Shown in pieces: positions 18,107 to 27,237 of a stretch of DNA of 64,000 bases (its first letter is position 1; each line of letters begins with the position of its first letter). Position numbers and translations under genes: made by a program. Under the pieces are notes generated by a model, which saw nothing but the letters and a program-made list of their open reading frames with translations, searched no databases and was not told the origin of the DNA. The DNA comes from Deltaproteobacteria bacterium (GTDB lineage: Bacteria > Desulfobacterota > Syntrophia > Syntrophales > Smithellaceae). Location of the stretch: NCBI GenBank assembly GCA_012729055.1, contig JAAYDW010000042.1:42973-106972 (forward strand). The letters run 5' to 3'.

Positions 18107-18239
18107 GGAACTCTCCTTTCCGGTCGAAATTCATTTTTTTCTGTTGACGCCACGCGATCCGGTCGTCACACGGATGGGTAATTTACGCTTTTTTCGGAAA
18201 AATCACCAGCGCGGAATGCAGGGCCCTGCCGGGCGCACC

Positions 18240-18271
18240 AAAAAAAGGCCCGTTCCTTGTGGGAACGGGCC
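18240..18271 (-). terminator. Rho-independent terminator after the ABC/CoA-transferase operon
   Basis: Minus strand reads GGCCCGTTCC-cacaa-GGAACGGGCC followed by TTTTTTT, a perfect 10-bp stem. Confidence 0.8.
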
Positions 18272-18317
18272 ACGCTGCCCAGCCTTCCGGCAGCCGAATC
18301 AGTGTGAATGGTGTGGA

Positions 18318-19781
18318 TTATTCAGCGGGGCTTTTCCCCTTGCAGCGATCCAGTTTTTCATCCATGAGCGGCAGAACCTTGTCCGCCGGAATTTCCCAGG
18401 AGGGGCCGCAGCCGGAGTTGTCCTTCATCCAGTAATAAGGAGGCATATTCATCGAAACCTTCTGCTGCTCCGGCGGAACGTATTCGCACATCCGGAATCC
18501 CTGAATCGCCTTGTGGTCGCAGGCCCGCATTTTAACAACACGGCCGGACACGAACCGGTAGGTGTCGCCTTCAAAAACGGGAATGATTTTTTCCGCATCG
18601 GTGGTTCCGGCCCGTTCTACAACGCTTAAAAACCAGTACATCTGCTGTGTCCAGAAGCCGAAGGTTCCCCACGGCCAGGTGAACGTGACGCTGTTGAACG
18701 GCGCCGTCTTGAATTTTTTCCATTCCGTGTTCCAGGCCGTGTAGTACTTCCTCATGCCCGGATCATTGAAGGCCGGACCGGCCGTATCGAAGTGCTTGAT
18801 GTTCATCAGGCCTTTTGTGCCTTCAATACCGACTTCGGCAAGCATACCCGGTTCATCCATGAAGATATTCGCAAACGGAATCATGATTCCCATATGCCGC
18901 GATTGTTTGAGCAGGTTGGCCGCATCCGGCGTCCAGTCGCCGGTGTAGACCACCTCGGCGCCGGAAGCCTTGATCTTTGTCAGGTAGGGGGCAAAATCCG
19001 TGAGGAAAAGTTTGTGATAATCTTCGCCGACGATCTCGGCCTCCGGATAGTATTCTTTGAGACCTTTCTTGAATCCGTCAGCCAGACCGCGCCCGAAGGA
19101 ATAGTCCTGACACAGAATGTAAAATTTCTTTTCTTTCTTGCGGACCTGGCCGTAAAAATACGCGACGCCGCGGCCGACCGAATCCGTTGTATCGGATGTC
19201 ATAAAAGAGTACCGGTTGAAATTGGTCGCGTCCTGCAGATCATCGGCCAGAGCGGCAACGTTGAGGCTGATGATTTTGTACCTGCCCGCCATTTCGTTGG
19301 AAATCTTCTGGATGTTGCTGCCTGATGTCCCGACCAGGAAATGTACTTTTTCCTGGAGAATCATCCGCTCCAGCATCTTCTTCGCAGCGTCCGGTCTGGA
19401 CTGGCTGTCAGCCTTGAAAAGAGCGATTTTTTTCTTCTTGCCGTCGACCAGAATGCCGCCGCGCGCGTTGATGTCGTAGGCGACAAACGTGGCGCACAGC
19501 CAGCCCATCTGGCCGTTTAACGCGCCCGGGCCCGAGTGGGGCCAGACGACCGCAATCCGGATCGTATCGCCTTCGGGATTGACCCAGTTGGCCGGATCCC
19601 AGCCTTTCATGTTGCCCATTTTACTCGCGTCAAACGCCGCTTTCACTGCGGGAGCATTCTGCGCCTTGGCGGTTTTGGCTTTCGATGTCTTCTGGTCCTT
19701 GGCCGCCAGGGCAATCGTCCCGGCGCCGATCAGCAGAAGACTCATCAAAACCATGAAAATAACTTTTCCTGACCTTCTCAT
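18318..19781 (-). CDS. ABC transporter substrate-binding protein, LivJ/Peripla_BP_6-like, unusually long
   Basis: The ATG at 19781 (MRRSGKVIFMVLMSLLLIGAGTIALAA) has an AGGTGG RBS. The type I PBP core (IRIAVVWPHSGPGALNG..., ILCQDYSFGRG) is flanked by a Lys/Ala-rich N-terminal linker and a Cys-containing C-terminal extension. Confidence 0.85.
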   Translation of the reverse strand: MRRSGKVIFMVLMSLLLIGAGTIALAAKDQKTSKAKTAKAQNAPAVKAAFDASKMGNMKGWDPANWVNPEGDTIRIAVVWPHSGPGALNGQMGWLCATFVAYDINARGGILVDGKKKKIALFKADSQSRPDAAKKMLERMILQEKVHFLVGTSGSNIQKISNEMAGRYKIISLNVAALADDLQDATNFNRYSFMTSDTTDSVGRGVAYFYGQVRKKEKKFYILCQDYSFGRGLADGFKKGLKEYYPEAEIVGEDYHKLFLTDFAPYLTKIKASGAEVVYTGDWTPDAANLLKQSRHMGIMIPFANIFMDEPGMLAEVGIEGTKGLMNIKHFDTAGPAFNDPGMRKYYTAWNTEWKKFKTAPFNSVTFTWPWGTFGFWTQQMYWFLSVVERAGTTDAEKIIPVFEGDTYRFVSGRVVKMRACDHKAIQGFRMCEYVPPEQQKVSMNMPPYYWMKDNSGCGPSWEIPADKVLPLMDEKLDRCKGKSPAE

Positions 19782-19907
19782 TTTTTCTTCCACCTTTCCT
19801 GATCTAAAGTTTCTCACCCTATGGAACAGACCGACGGAGGCGATGTCCCTCGACACCACACTGTTCCCTTTGACGCTTCTAAAAAACGGCGACTCTCAAC
19901 CAACGAA

Positions 19908-20720
19908 TCACCCCTTGCTCTGCTTCATCAAGTTGGCGATCATCAGTTCCATCGCCAGTTCCCGTCCGGCCGACATGGCCGGAGCAAAACGCCGGATGAA
20001 GTCGATTTCCTCATCCGTGGGGTGAGGCGTTTCCGACAGATCCGGAGCGATTTTCAATTCCCAGGGAACATCCTTCTTCACGTCCTCGATCTTCACCCGG
20101 GGATGAATCTGGGCCAAGTAGATTTCTTTGGTCACCGGGTCAAACCGAAAAACTCCCTTCGTCGAAAGGAGCATCGTCGGGCCGGATCCCTTGGGGAAGA
20201 GCCCCGATTCGTCGCGGCTGTTGCCGCCGTCGAGATAACCGGGCGAGGTGAAGTAGTCGAGCTTCTCCACGAAATTGCCGCCCAGCATGGTAAGCACCGT
20301 GCGTTTGGCGTAGGAAATAAAATCGGCGGCGCCGCCGGACCCCGGCAGGCGCATGGTCGGCTTGTAATAGTCGCCGATGCAGGTGGTATTGAGATTGCCG
20401 TATTTGTCGACCTGTCCCACGCCCAGGAAACAGACGTCGACAAAGCCGCGGTACGTCATCGTAAACGCGGAAAACAGATCGGTGGAATAGGAAAACCCCC
20501 GGCAGGAATGGGCGTCGGCGATATGGTTGAGCGGCAGCAGCGGTTCGAAATCAATAATGCCGGATTCCATCATGAGCGTCGCATGGGGAGCATAGAGGGC
20601 CTTGGCCAGCGCGCCGGCCGTCGTCGGCAGCCCTACGCCCAGAATCACGTTTTCGTGGTCGTGAATTTCCTTGGCGACGGCGATCACCAGCAGCTCCTGC
20701 AGCGTGTATGGTTTACTCAT
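19908..20720 (-). CDS. CoA-transferase subunit B (family I, glutaconate/3-oxoacid type)
   Basis: VILGVGLPT..LMMESGII is an ESG-type catalytic Glu motif, followed by FLGVGQVDKYGNLN. An 8-nt ATGAGTAA overlap with subunit A suggests translational coupling. Confidence 0.85.
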   Translation of the reverse strand: MSKPYTLQELLVIAVAKEIHDHENVILGVGLPTTAGALAKALYAPHATLMMESGIIDFEPLLPLNHIADAHSCRGFSYSTDLFSAFTMTYRGFVDVCFLGVGQVDKYGNLNTTCIGDYYKPTMRLPGSGGAADFISYAKRTVLTMLGGNFVEKLDYFTSPGYLDGGNSRDESGLFPKGSGPTMLLSTKGVFRFDPVTKEIYLAQIHPRVKIEDVKKDVPWELKIAPDLSETPHPTDEEIDFIRRFAPAMSAGRELAMELMIANLMKQSKG

Positions 20721-21759
20721 AGAGCTTCCCCCTTTCCTTTAAGGTCTGCTCGAACTCAGCCAGCGTCATGCCGATGGCCCGCTCCCGTCCGTCCTTGTCC
20801 CAGCGCGAGGTGAAGGCCGATCCGTAATTGGCCGGCGCCGAATAGTAGGGCTTGCAGCGGATGCCGTCGAGATTCTTGCTGCCGAATTTCTGGACGTAAT
20901 GATCGATGTAGGCGGCGCGGTTTTCGCAGCCGTAGACCCATTCGTCCATCCAGGCCTTCAATCCGTCGGCTGTTCCATCCATCATCAGGAACAAACCGTA
21001 CATAAACTGGTCGATGTTGTAGTATCCCAGAACTTCCGTGGGGTTGGCGCCCCAGGGCACTTCGCACACCGCGTCCACCCGATAGGCGGGAATGATCGTC
21101 AGGTGCGGACTGGACTGAATGACGTCGTGCTCGACGATTTCCTCGCAGGAAACGACAATCCGCTTGCTCGCCAGCGCCGCCGCGGCGACGCTGCCCAGGG
21201 CGCCCCAATATTGGGCGTTGCCGAACTTGTCCGCCCGCTGCACATGAACGATGCACACATCGGGATTGGCCGCCGGCACCGTCAGCTGATCCTTTCCGGT
21301 ATAGGGGCATTTGATGATGCGATATTTATTTTCTCCCAAAAAACTGCGCTTGCGGAAAAGGTCCGTGGCGATCGCGCCTTCGAGCACCTGCATATAGGAA
21401 AATCCGTGCATGCCCGCCACCAGCCTCGCGTTGTACTGAAAATTCGTGTAATCCTCGACTTCCAGGGTGCCCGCATTCATGGCCCGTTCCACGGCCGAAC
21501 CGCCTTTTTTGCCGCCGGCCCGAAGCACGTAGGTGCTGACCAGTCTCGCCACGCAGCCGGCGCCGACCAGCACTTCCACATCAAAAATACCGGACTGTGA
21601 ATAGATCGTCAGTCCCTTGCGTCCCTGGCGGACAACTTCATAGACAAGTTCGGCGCAACTGCCGACCGTGTAGTTTCCGATCACCAACTCAGCGCCGTCG
21701 TATACAAATTTTGATATGGCGTCGCGAACGCTCATCACCTTGCTGTTTTCAGCCGCCAT
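20713..21759 (-). CDS. CoA-transferase subunit A (family I, glutaconate/3-oxoacid type)
   Basis: MSVRDAISKFVYDGAELVIGNY... and VQRADKFGNAQYWG, paired with subunit B. Confidence 0.85.
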   Translation of the reverse strand: MAAENSKVMSVRDAISKFVYDGAELVIGNYTVGSCAELVYEVVRQGRKGLTIYSQSGIFDVEVLVGAGCVARLVSTYVLRAGGKKGGSAVERAMNAGTLEVEDYTNFQYNARLVAGMHGFSYMQVLEGAIATDLFRKRSFLGENKYRIIKCPYTGKDQLTVPAANPDVCIVHVQRADKFGNAQYWGALGSVAAAALASKRIVVSCEEIVEHDVIQSSPHLTIIPAYRVDAVCEVPWGANPTEVLGYYNIDQFMYGLFLMMDGTADGLKAWMDEWVYGCENRAAYIDHYVQKFGSKNLDGIRCKPYYSAPANYGSAFTSRWDKDGRERAIGMTLAEFEQTLKERGKLYE

Positions 21760-21790
21760 GCGTGCCTCCTATGATAAATGACGCGTCGTC

Positions 21791-22507
21791 TTACGCTTCC
21801 AGGTATTTTGCGCGCAGTTCGTGGTTGGTTCTCACTTCCTGGGCGCTGGCCTGGCAGCCGATGCAGGCTTTCGACATCAGGTAAACGCGGTTGGCGAGCG
21901 ACAAAGCGACTTTCAGGTTGTGCTCAACCAGCAGCACCGAAACGCCCGCCTTGTTGATCTCCTCCAGAACGTTGCGCACTTCCTGAACCATGATCGGAGA
22001 AAGCCCCTCGGAGGGTTCGTCCACCAGCAAGAGCTTCGGATTGCCCATCAGCGACCGCCCGATCGACAGCATCTGCTGCTCGCCGCCCGATAGCCTCCCC
22101 CCCGCCTGGTGCGTCCGTTCCGCCAGCTTCGGAAAATGATGGAAAATCCGCTCCGCCGTCCATACGTTCGGATCGGACGAATCGCCCTTCTTCCCGTCCT
22201 TCAGGCCCAGAAGCAGGTTGTCCAGAACGCTGAGTTCGGGGAAAATTCTTCTTTCCTCGGGAACGTAGCCGATCCCGGCTCTGGCCACCTTGTACGGAGG
22301 CAGGCCCGCCATTTCCCGGCCCTCAAACAGAATCGATCCGGAGGTGGGCTTCACCAGCCCCATGATGCTTTTGAGCGTCGTGCTTTTGCCCATGCCGTTG
22401 CGCCCCAAAAGCGCCACGAGTTCCCCTTCGCCGATCTCCAGATTGACGCCCTGCAGCACATGGCTCGGCCCGTAGTGGGTGTTTAGATCCTTTACTTCAA
22501 GTAACAT
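21791..22507 (-). CDS. livF: Branched-chain-amino-acid-type ABC transporter ATP-binding protein (LivF-like)
   Basis: Walker A GRNGMGKST, signature LSGGEQQML, Walker B LLLVDEPSEGL. Confidence 0.9.
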   Translation of the reverse strand: MLLEVKDLNTHYGPSHVLQGVNLEIGEGELVALLGRNGMGKSTTLKSIMGLVKPTSGSILFEGREMAGLPPYKVARAGIGYVPEERRIFPELSVLDNLLLGLKDGKKGDSSDPNVWTAERIFHHFPKLAERTHQAGGRLSGGEQQMLSIGRSLMGNPKLLLVDEPSEGLSPIMVQEVRNVLEEINKAGVSVLLVEHNLKVALSLANRVYLMSKACIGCQASAQEVRTNHELRAKYLEA

Positions 22508-22512
22508 ATGCT

Positions 22513-23262
22513 CTATACCTCCAAGTCGCCGAGATAGGCGTCCTTAACCGCCTGATTATTGCGGATCTCTTCCGGTTTCCCTGTCGCCAGAATCTTCCCG
22601 TAATGCAAAACGGTGATCCGGTCCGCCAGCGAAAATACCACGTCCATGTCGTGTTCGATGATCACCACGGTCTTGCCTTCCGTAAGCTTCCGGATCAGCG
22701 CCACCGCGTCGGCCGTCTCTTCCTTGGACATCCCCGCCGCAAACTCGTCAAGCAGCACCAGCTCCGGATTGGTCGCAAGCGCCATGCTGATCTCCAGCGC
22801 CCGCGATTTCCCGTAGGACAGGGAGGCGGCCGGCGTGTTGCGGTCGTCATACAGATTGATCCGCTTGAGCATCTCGTCGGTCTCCTCCGTGATCTTTTTC
22901 ATCTTTTCCACTGGGCGCAGCAGATTGAACCGCACGCCGTCCTTGGACAGGATCGCCAGACGGATGTTCTGAAACGCCGTCAGGTTCGTAAAGGTGCTGG
23001 TGATCTGGAACGACCGCCCGATGCCGATCCGCGCCAGCTTGTACGGCTTGTAGCCCGTGATGTCCTTCCCCTTGAAGAACACCCTGCCGCTCGTGGGATG
23101 GTAGGTCCCCGTGATGGTGTTGAACAGCGTGGTCTTGCCCGCCCCGTTGGGGCCGATCACGGCGTGCCTTTCTCCTTCTTCAATTTGCAGATCAACCCCG
23201 AACAAGACGGCCAGGGGGCCGAAACTGTGCTTTAAGTCTTTGGTCTCCAGTATATTCATCAC
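22513..23262 (-). CDS. livG: Branched-chain-amino-acid-type ABC transporter ATP-binding protein (LivG-like)
   Basis: Walker A GPNGAGKTT, signature LSYGKSRALE, Walker B LVLLDEFAAGM. The C-terminus AYLG is LivG-like. Confidence 0.9.
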   Translation of the reverse strand: MMNILETKDLKHSFGPLAVLFGVDLQIEEGERHAVIGPNGAGKTTLFNTITGTYHPTSGRVFFKGKDITGYKPYKLARIGIGRSFQITSTFTNLTAFQNIRLAILSKDGVRFNLLRPVEKMKKITEETDEMLKRINLYDDRNTPAASLSYGKSRALEISMALATNPELVLLDEFAAGMSKEETADAVALIRKLTEGKTVVIIEHDMDVVFSLADRITVLHYGKILATGKPEEIRNNQAVKDAYLGDLEV

Positions 23263-24242
23263 GCCTTCTCCTTCTTTGCTTCCGGGGTCCGCCGGGTCGA
23301 AATCTTCTGCCGCAGCGTTCTGAACAGGCCCATGAAGCCCGTCGGCATGAACATGACCACAACGATCAGGATCACGCCCATCACCAGTTCCGTGCTCTCC
23401 GTGTAACGCAGGATCAACTCATCGACCAGCTGGAAAATGGCGACGCCCAGGATCGGACCGAAAAAGCTCCCCACGCCTCCGATCATGACCGAGATAATCG
23501 GCGTAAAGGACATTCCGATACCCAGCGATCCGTCCGCCGACACCAGGTTGTGAAACAAGCCGTAAACCGAGCCGGCCACGCCCGCAAACAACGCCGACAA
23601 GACGTAAATCACGGCTTTCGACTGCGGAACCCGGTACCCCAGGTAATCAATGCGCTTCGCGTTGTCCCGGATGCCCACCTGGATCTGTCCGAACGGCGTC
23701 TTGGTCATGTACCACATGAGCCAGGTGCTGATGCCCAGGATCACCATGGCCAGATAGTAAAAATGCTCCGGCGAGCTCTTCAGGCTCTCCGTGAACAGCC
23801 CCGGAACCGGAAAGTTGGCGATGCCGTCTTCGCCGCCCGTGATGTTGTAGAGTTTCAACGCCAGAACGTACATCAACTGGCCGAACGCCAGGTGCAGCAT
23901 GGCAAACGCCGTCCCGCTCACCCGAACGACCAGCGGCGACAAAATCAAGGCCAGCGCAACCGCCGCCAGAACGCCCAGACCGATCGCCGGCAGCACGCCG
24001 ATGCCGGGAATGTGCGTCAACGCCAGCGCCGTCCCGTATCCGCCGAAGCCGAAAAACATGGCCTGTCCGAAGCTCAGAAGCCCCGTGTACCCCAACAGCA
24101 TGTTCACGGAAAGGGAGTAAACGGCAAAGATCGCCATCGTCACCACGACGTTGGTGTAATAAATGCCGAACAGCTTGGGAAAGAACGCCAGAAAAACGAG
24201 TCCGATCACCCACCATACCACGTTTAATTTGTTCTTCATCAT
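23259..24242 (-). CDS. livM: Liv-type ABC transporter permease (LivM-like)
   Basis: 327-aa polytopic membrane protein with LLGYTGLLSFGQAMFFGFGGY. It has 4-nt overlaps with both neighbours. Confidence 0.9.
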   Translation of the reverse strand: MMKNKLNVVWWVIGLVFLAFFPKLFGIYYTNVVVTMAIFAVYSLSVNMLLGYTGLLSFGQAMFFGFGGYGTALALTHIPGIGVLPAIGLGVLAAVALALILSPLVVRVSGTAFAMLHLAFGQLMYVLALKLYNITGGEDGIANFPVPGLFTESLKSSPEHFYYLAMVILGISTWLMWYMTKTPFGQIQVGIRDNAKRIDYLGYRVPQSKAVIYVLSALFAGVAGSVYGLFHNLVSADGSLGIGMSFTPIISVMIGGVGSFFGPILGVAIFQLVDELILRYTESTELVMGVILIVVVMFMPTGFMGLFRTLRQKISTRRTPEAKKEKA

Positions 24243-25105
24243 TCTTTCACCCCGAATAAACCGTTAGGACGAAACGCCAGAACGATCGCCATGAACACCA
24301 CCATCAGCACGGGAGCAAACTGCGAGACAAACTGGACGCCGTAGGAACTTAAAAGTCCGAAGATGATCGATACGATAAACGCTCCCAAGAGGCTCCCGAA
24401 ACCGCCTGTCACGACGACGATGAACGCGTCCATCCCCACCTGGTCCGCCAGGCCCGGAAACACCGTCAGGATCGGCGCGATCGCGACGCCCGCGAGCCCC
24501 GCCATCCACGTGCCCACGCCGAAAACAAACATGAACACCAGATTGATGTTGATCCCCAGCGCATTCACCATATCCCGGTCCGACACCGCCGCCCGGACGA
24601 TCTTTCCGAGCCGCGTCCGGTACAGCAGAAGCAGCATGAACACCAGAATGACCAAAGCCAGACCGATCACGAACAACCGGTAAACCGGATACGTCACTCC
24701 CACGATGTTCACCATCCCGCTCAAAACTTCCGGCATCTGCAAGGGCAGGCTTTCCGTTCCCCAAATTTTCTTGATCGCCGCCACAATCACAAACGAAATC
24801 CCCATCGTCAGGATCAACTCGCCCATGTGGCCTACGGCCTTCCGCAGAAACACCCGCTCCATCACCACCCCGAGAACCGCTGTGAACAGGGGCGCAAACA
24901 GCAGCCCCAGCCAGAAGTTCCCGGTGATGCCAACCACGACGTAGCAAAAATAAGCCGCCAACATGAAAAACGCCGTGTGAGCCATGTTTAGGATACCCAT
25001 CATCCCGAAGATGATGTTCAACCCCGAAGCAATCAAGAACAAGATCATCCCGTACGCTATCCCGTGTATCCCCTGGGATATGTACATCGATACCATTGGA
25101 TCCAT
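24239..25105 (-). CDS. livH: Liv-type ABC transporter permease (LivH-like)
   Basis: The ATG at 25105 (MDPMVSMYISQGIHGIAYGMILFLIASGLNIIFG) has AGGAG 6 nt upstream. The 60-residue ORF-track extension is Arg-rich and implausible. Confidence 0.9.
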   Translation of the reverse strand: MDPMVSMYISQGIHGIAYGMILFLIASGLNIIFGMMGILNMAHTAFFMLAAYFCYVVVGITGNFWLGLLFAPLFTAVLGVVMERVFLRKAVGHMGELILTMGISFVIVAAIKKIWGTESLPLQMPEVLSGMVNIVGVTYPVYRLFVIGLALVILVFMLLLLYRTRLGKIVRAAVSDRDMVNALGININLVFMFVFGVGTWMAGLAGVAIAPILTVFPGLADQVGMDAFIVVVTGGFGSLLGAFIVSIIFGLLSSYGVQFVSQFAPVLMVVFMAIVLAFRPNGLFGVKE

Positions 25106-25599
25106 AGACATCTCCTTCACTGATTTTAAATTCAAACACCCGGCCGCAGCCTCACGCGGACGGTTGGTGCCGTCGGGAAAAAATGCCTGGGCAAGAGAAC
25201 AGGCGATCGCTGCCAAACTACGGACGATGAAGCGGAAGTGAGGGGAGAGTGATGATCTGTGCCCGAATCGCCCTCTACGATTTACCGGCAAGATGTGCTA
25301 ATGAAAAAAAACAACGACGGGCAAAGAATCCTTGGGGCACCCAAACAGACTTGCGGTCTGCTTCCTTCCCCGGCAGAGGAAATGAAGAAGATCATCTGCT
25401 CCGTTTTTTGAGTTTTCCGGTCCGCTGTGTCGGTTTACGTTTTGCCGCCGGGAGCCGGCCAGAAGATCGCCGTTCCGACGGTAAAGACAGGGACGGCCTC
25501 ATACCCGCGTCGCATTTTTTCAGTCGAACATCGAAAGCCTCCACGTTCCGATAATCAATGCCGTCCCGGCGCCCGTTCGGAATAAAAAGAGCGGGCGCT

Positions 25600-25615
25600 C
25601 GCTTTTGTAAAAGCG
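25600..25615. promoter_or_regulatory. Perfect 7-2-7 inverted repeat, candidate TetR-family operator
   Basis: CGCTTTT-GT-AAAAGCG lies 118 nt upstream of the tetR-like GTG start, in the divergent spacer. The left arm recurs at 18186-18202 (CGCTTTTTTCGGAAAAA) upstream of the acyl-CoA dehydrogenase gene. Confidence 0.3.
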
Positions 25616-25732
25616 GGGTAATGCTTATCATGCCTCGCATCCGAGTGCAACAAAAAATTCATCTTTATTTTATTTCGATAAGCTGCTAAGCAAAACACGA
25701 TTCGAACGGGACGCTGTCTTTGAGGGATCATC

Positions 25733-26419
25733 GTGAATGTAACGAAACTAAACCGGATGAAGAACGGCAGGAAACAGCCTGTCGGAAATGCCGAAAAGAT
25801 CAAGACCCCGGCCGTCTTCAGCCGGATCAAAAATTCCGAACGCGTGCAAGACAAACAGCTGCTGATCGCGAAAAAGGCGGCCAAGTTGTTTGTTCGGAAA
25901 GGCTACGCGCAGACGACCGTCCGGGAAATCTCCAAAGCCACGGGGCTGGCCATGGGCAATCTCTACGATTACATCAACAAGAAAGAGGACATCCTCTGTC
26001 TGGTCTTCGACACCTATCACGAAACCGTTGAGGAGTCGTCCTACGGTCCGGAAATCGCGACCATCGAGGACCCTCTGGAGCAAATGCAAACCAATGTCCG
26101 GGTCGCGCTCAAAAATATCCGTGACTTCCACGATGAAATCATGCTGATGTACCGGGAATCCCACCTTCTGCCGAAAAAATACCTGGAACGCGCCAAAAAA
26201 CAGGAGCTCATGCAGATTCGGAAAACGGCGGACTACATTCGCCGGGGCGTAAAAAAAGGCGTCTTTCAGGTAAAAGACCCTTTCTTCGCGTCCAGCATGC
26301 TGTTTTGCCTGCTGGCCAGCCCGGCGCTGCGCGGATGGACGTTTGCCGGCAGGTATTCCCGAAAAAAAACCGACAGTCTTCTTGAAGATTTCATCCTCCG
26401 GGCGCTCGGCGTCCGGTAA
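25733..26419 (+). CDS. TetR/AcrR family transcriptional regulator
   Basis: HTH region AAKLFVRKGYAQTTVREISKATGLAMGNLYDYI. The GTG start at 25733 has GAGGGA 6 nt upstream. Confidence 0.85.
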   Translation: MNVTKLNRMKNGRKQPVGNAEKIKTPAVFSRIKNSERVQDKQLLIAKKAAKLFVRKGYAQTTVREISKATGLAMGNLYDYINKKEDILCLVFDTYHETVEESSYGPEIATIEDPLEQMQTNVRVALKNIRDFHDEIMLMYRESHLLPKKYLERAKKQELMQIRKTADYIRRGVKKGVFQVKDPFFASSMLFCLLASPALRGWTFAGRYSRKKTDSLLEDFILRALGVR

Positions 26420-26421
26420 CA

Positions 26422-27237
26422 TCACCCGAGCAAAGCCAGCCAGGTATGCCTTTCCAGGAATGATCCCGGAACGTTTCGCTCCATTTCCAGAAAAAGCGCA
26501 AATGGCGCGGTAAAAGTCATCAGGTGGGGATCGCCGAGTTGTTTGCGTACATACAGGCGCGCGGACAGATCCGTGAGACCGACCACGGCGCGGGGCCTGG
26601 CCGACGCGGCTTCACGGTAAGGATAAATGCCGATCGTCTGGCAGCCGGCGGCGTAAGGGATGATCGCGTTTTCGTTGTCGCCGCGCGCATAATTGGCAAG
26701 CACCGTCAGCGCGGAAAGTTGATCAGGATTGACAAAGAAGATGACGGCCTGCGGTTTCCCGCAGCTCATCTCCACCTCCGCCAGAGGCCTGAAAACAACA
26801 TACGCAGCGGGGATTTCCGTCATCGGCAGGGCATCGATAAATTTTCGGACGCCCTCGGGATTTTGAATGTAGCGCTCGCCGTTGAGAAAATTTTCATGAC
26901 TCTCGCGGGTCATGAACGGCTTGATGTTTTCCGCCAGCTCCGCGCCGCCGGGGCGAACGGCGTTTCCCGAAGACAGAAAATGGCAGAACCCCTCTTCACC
27001 GCCGGGAAAACGGAGATACTGATTGCCGAATCCGAGCCCCACGCCGCCGCCCACGCAGCCGAAGGTCTTCCGGTCCGCCACGGCGGTTTTGCCTTTCGCG
27101 GCCGACGCCGCCAGCCACATGACACAGCCCCACTTGCCTTCCGAAAACTGCATCGCGCCTTCGGGCTTTTGATCCGACCATGACAGCGCAACCGGTGAAG
27201 AGGAAAGATGAATGGCTTTGGCAATCCGGCTTTCCAT
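26422..27237 (-). CDS. DUF169 domain protein
   Basis: The ATG at 27237 (MESRIAKAIHLSSSPVALSW...) has a GGAGG RBS. WGCVMW, FGCVGGGVGLGFG and ALTVLANYA blocks are as I remember for DUF169. Confidence 0.6.
   Translation of the reverse strand: MESRIAKAIHLSSSPVALSWSDQKPEGAMQFSEGKWGCVMWLAASAAKGKTAVADRKTFGCVGGGVGLGFGNQYLRFPGGEEGFCHFLSSGNAVRPGGAELAENIKPFMTRESHENFLNGERYIQNPEGVRKFIDALPMTEIPAAYVVFRPLAEVEMSCGKPQAVIFFVNPDQLSALTVLANYARGDNENAIIPYAAGCQTIGIYPYREAASARPRAVVGLTDLSARLYVRKQLGDPHLMTFTAPFALFLEMERNVPGSFLERHTWLALLG

Noticed and set aside
9413-18181. Other long antisense or out-of-frame ORFs, e.g. 9413-10897 (+), 14161-15444 (+), 14498-15625 (-), 16817-18181 (+), 34805-35677 (-), 35646-36476 (-)
   Set aside because: Each overlaps a gene with clear family motifs on the other strand or in another frame. 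Each also has the typical Arg/Pro/Gly-rich composition of non-coding frames in high-GC DNA.
25249-25884. ORFs of 101, 82 and 109 aa inside the livH-tetR spacer
   Set aside because: They have no Shine-Dalgarno sequences, overlap one another, and have random-looking Arg/Ser-rich sequences. I treat the interval as non-coding (see the finding on this spacer).
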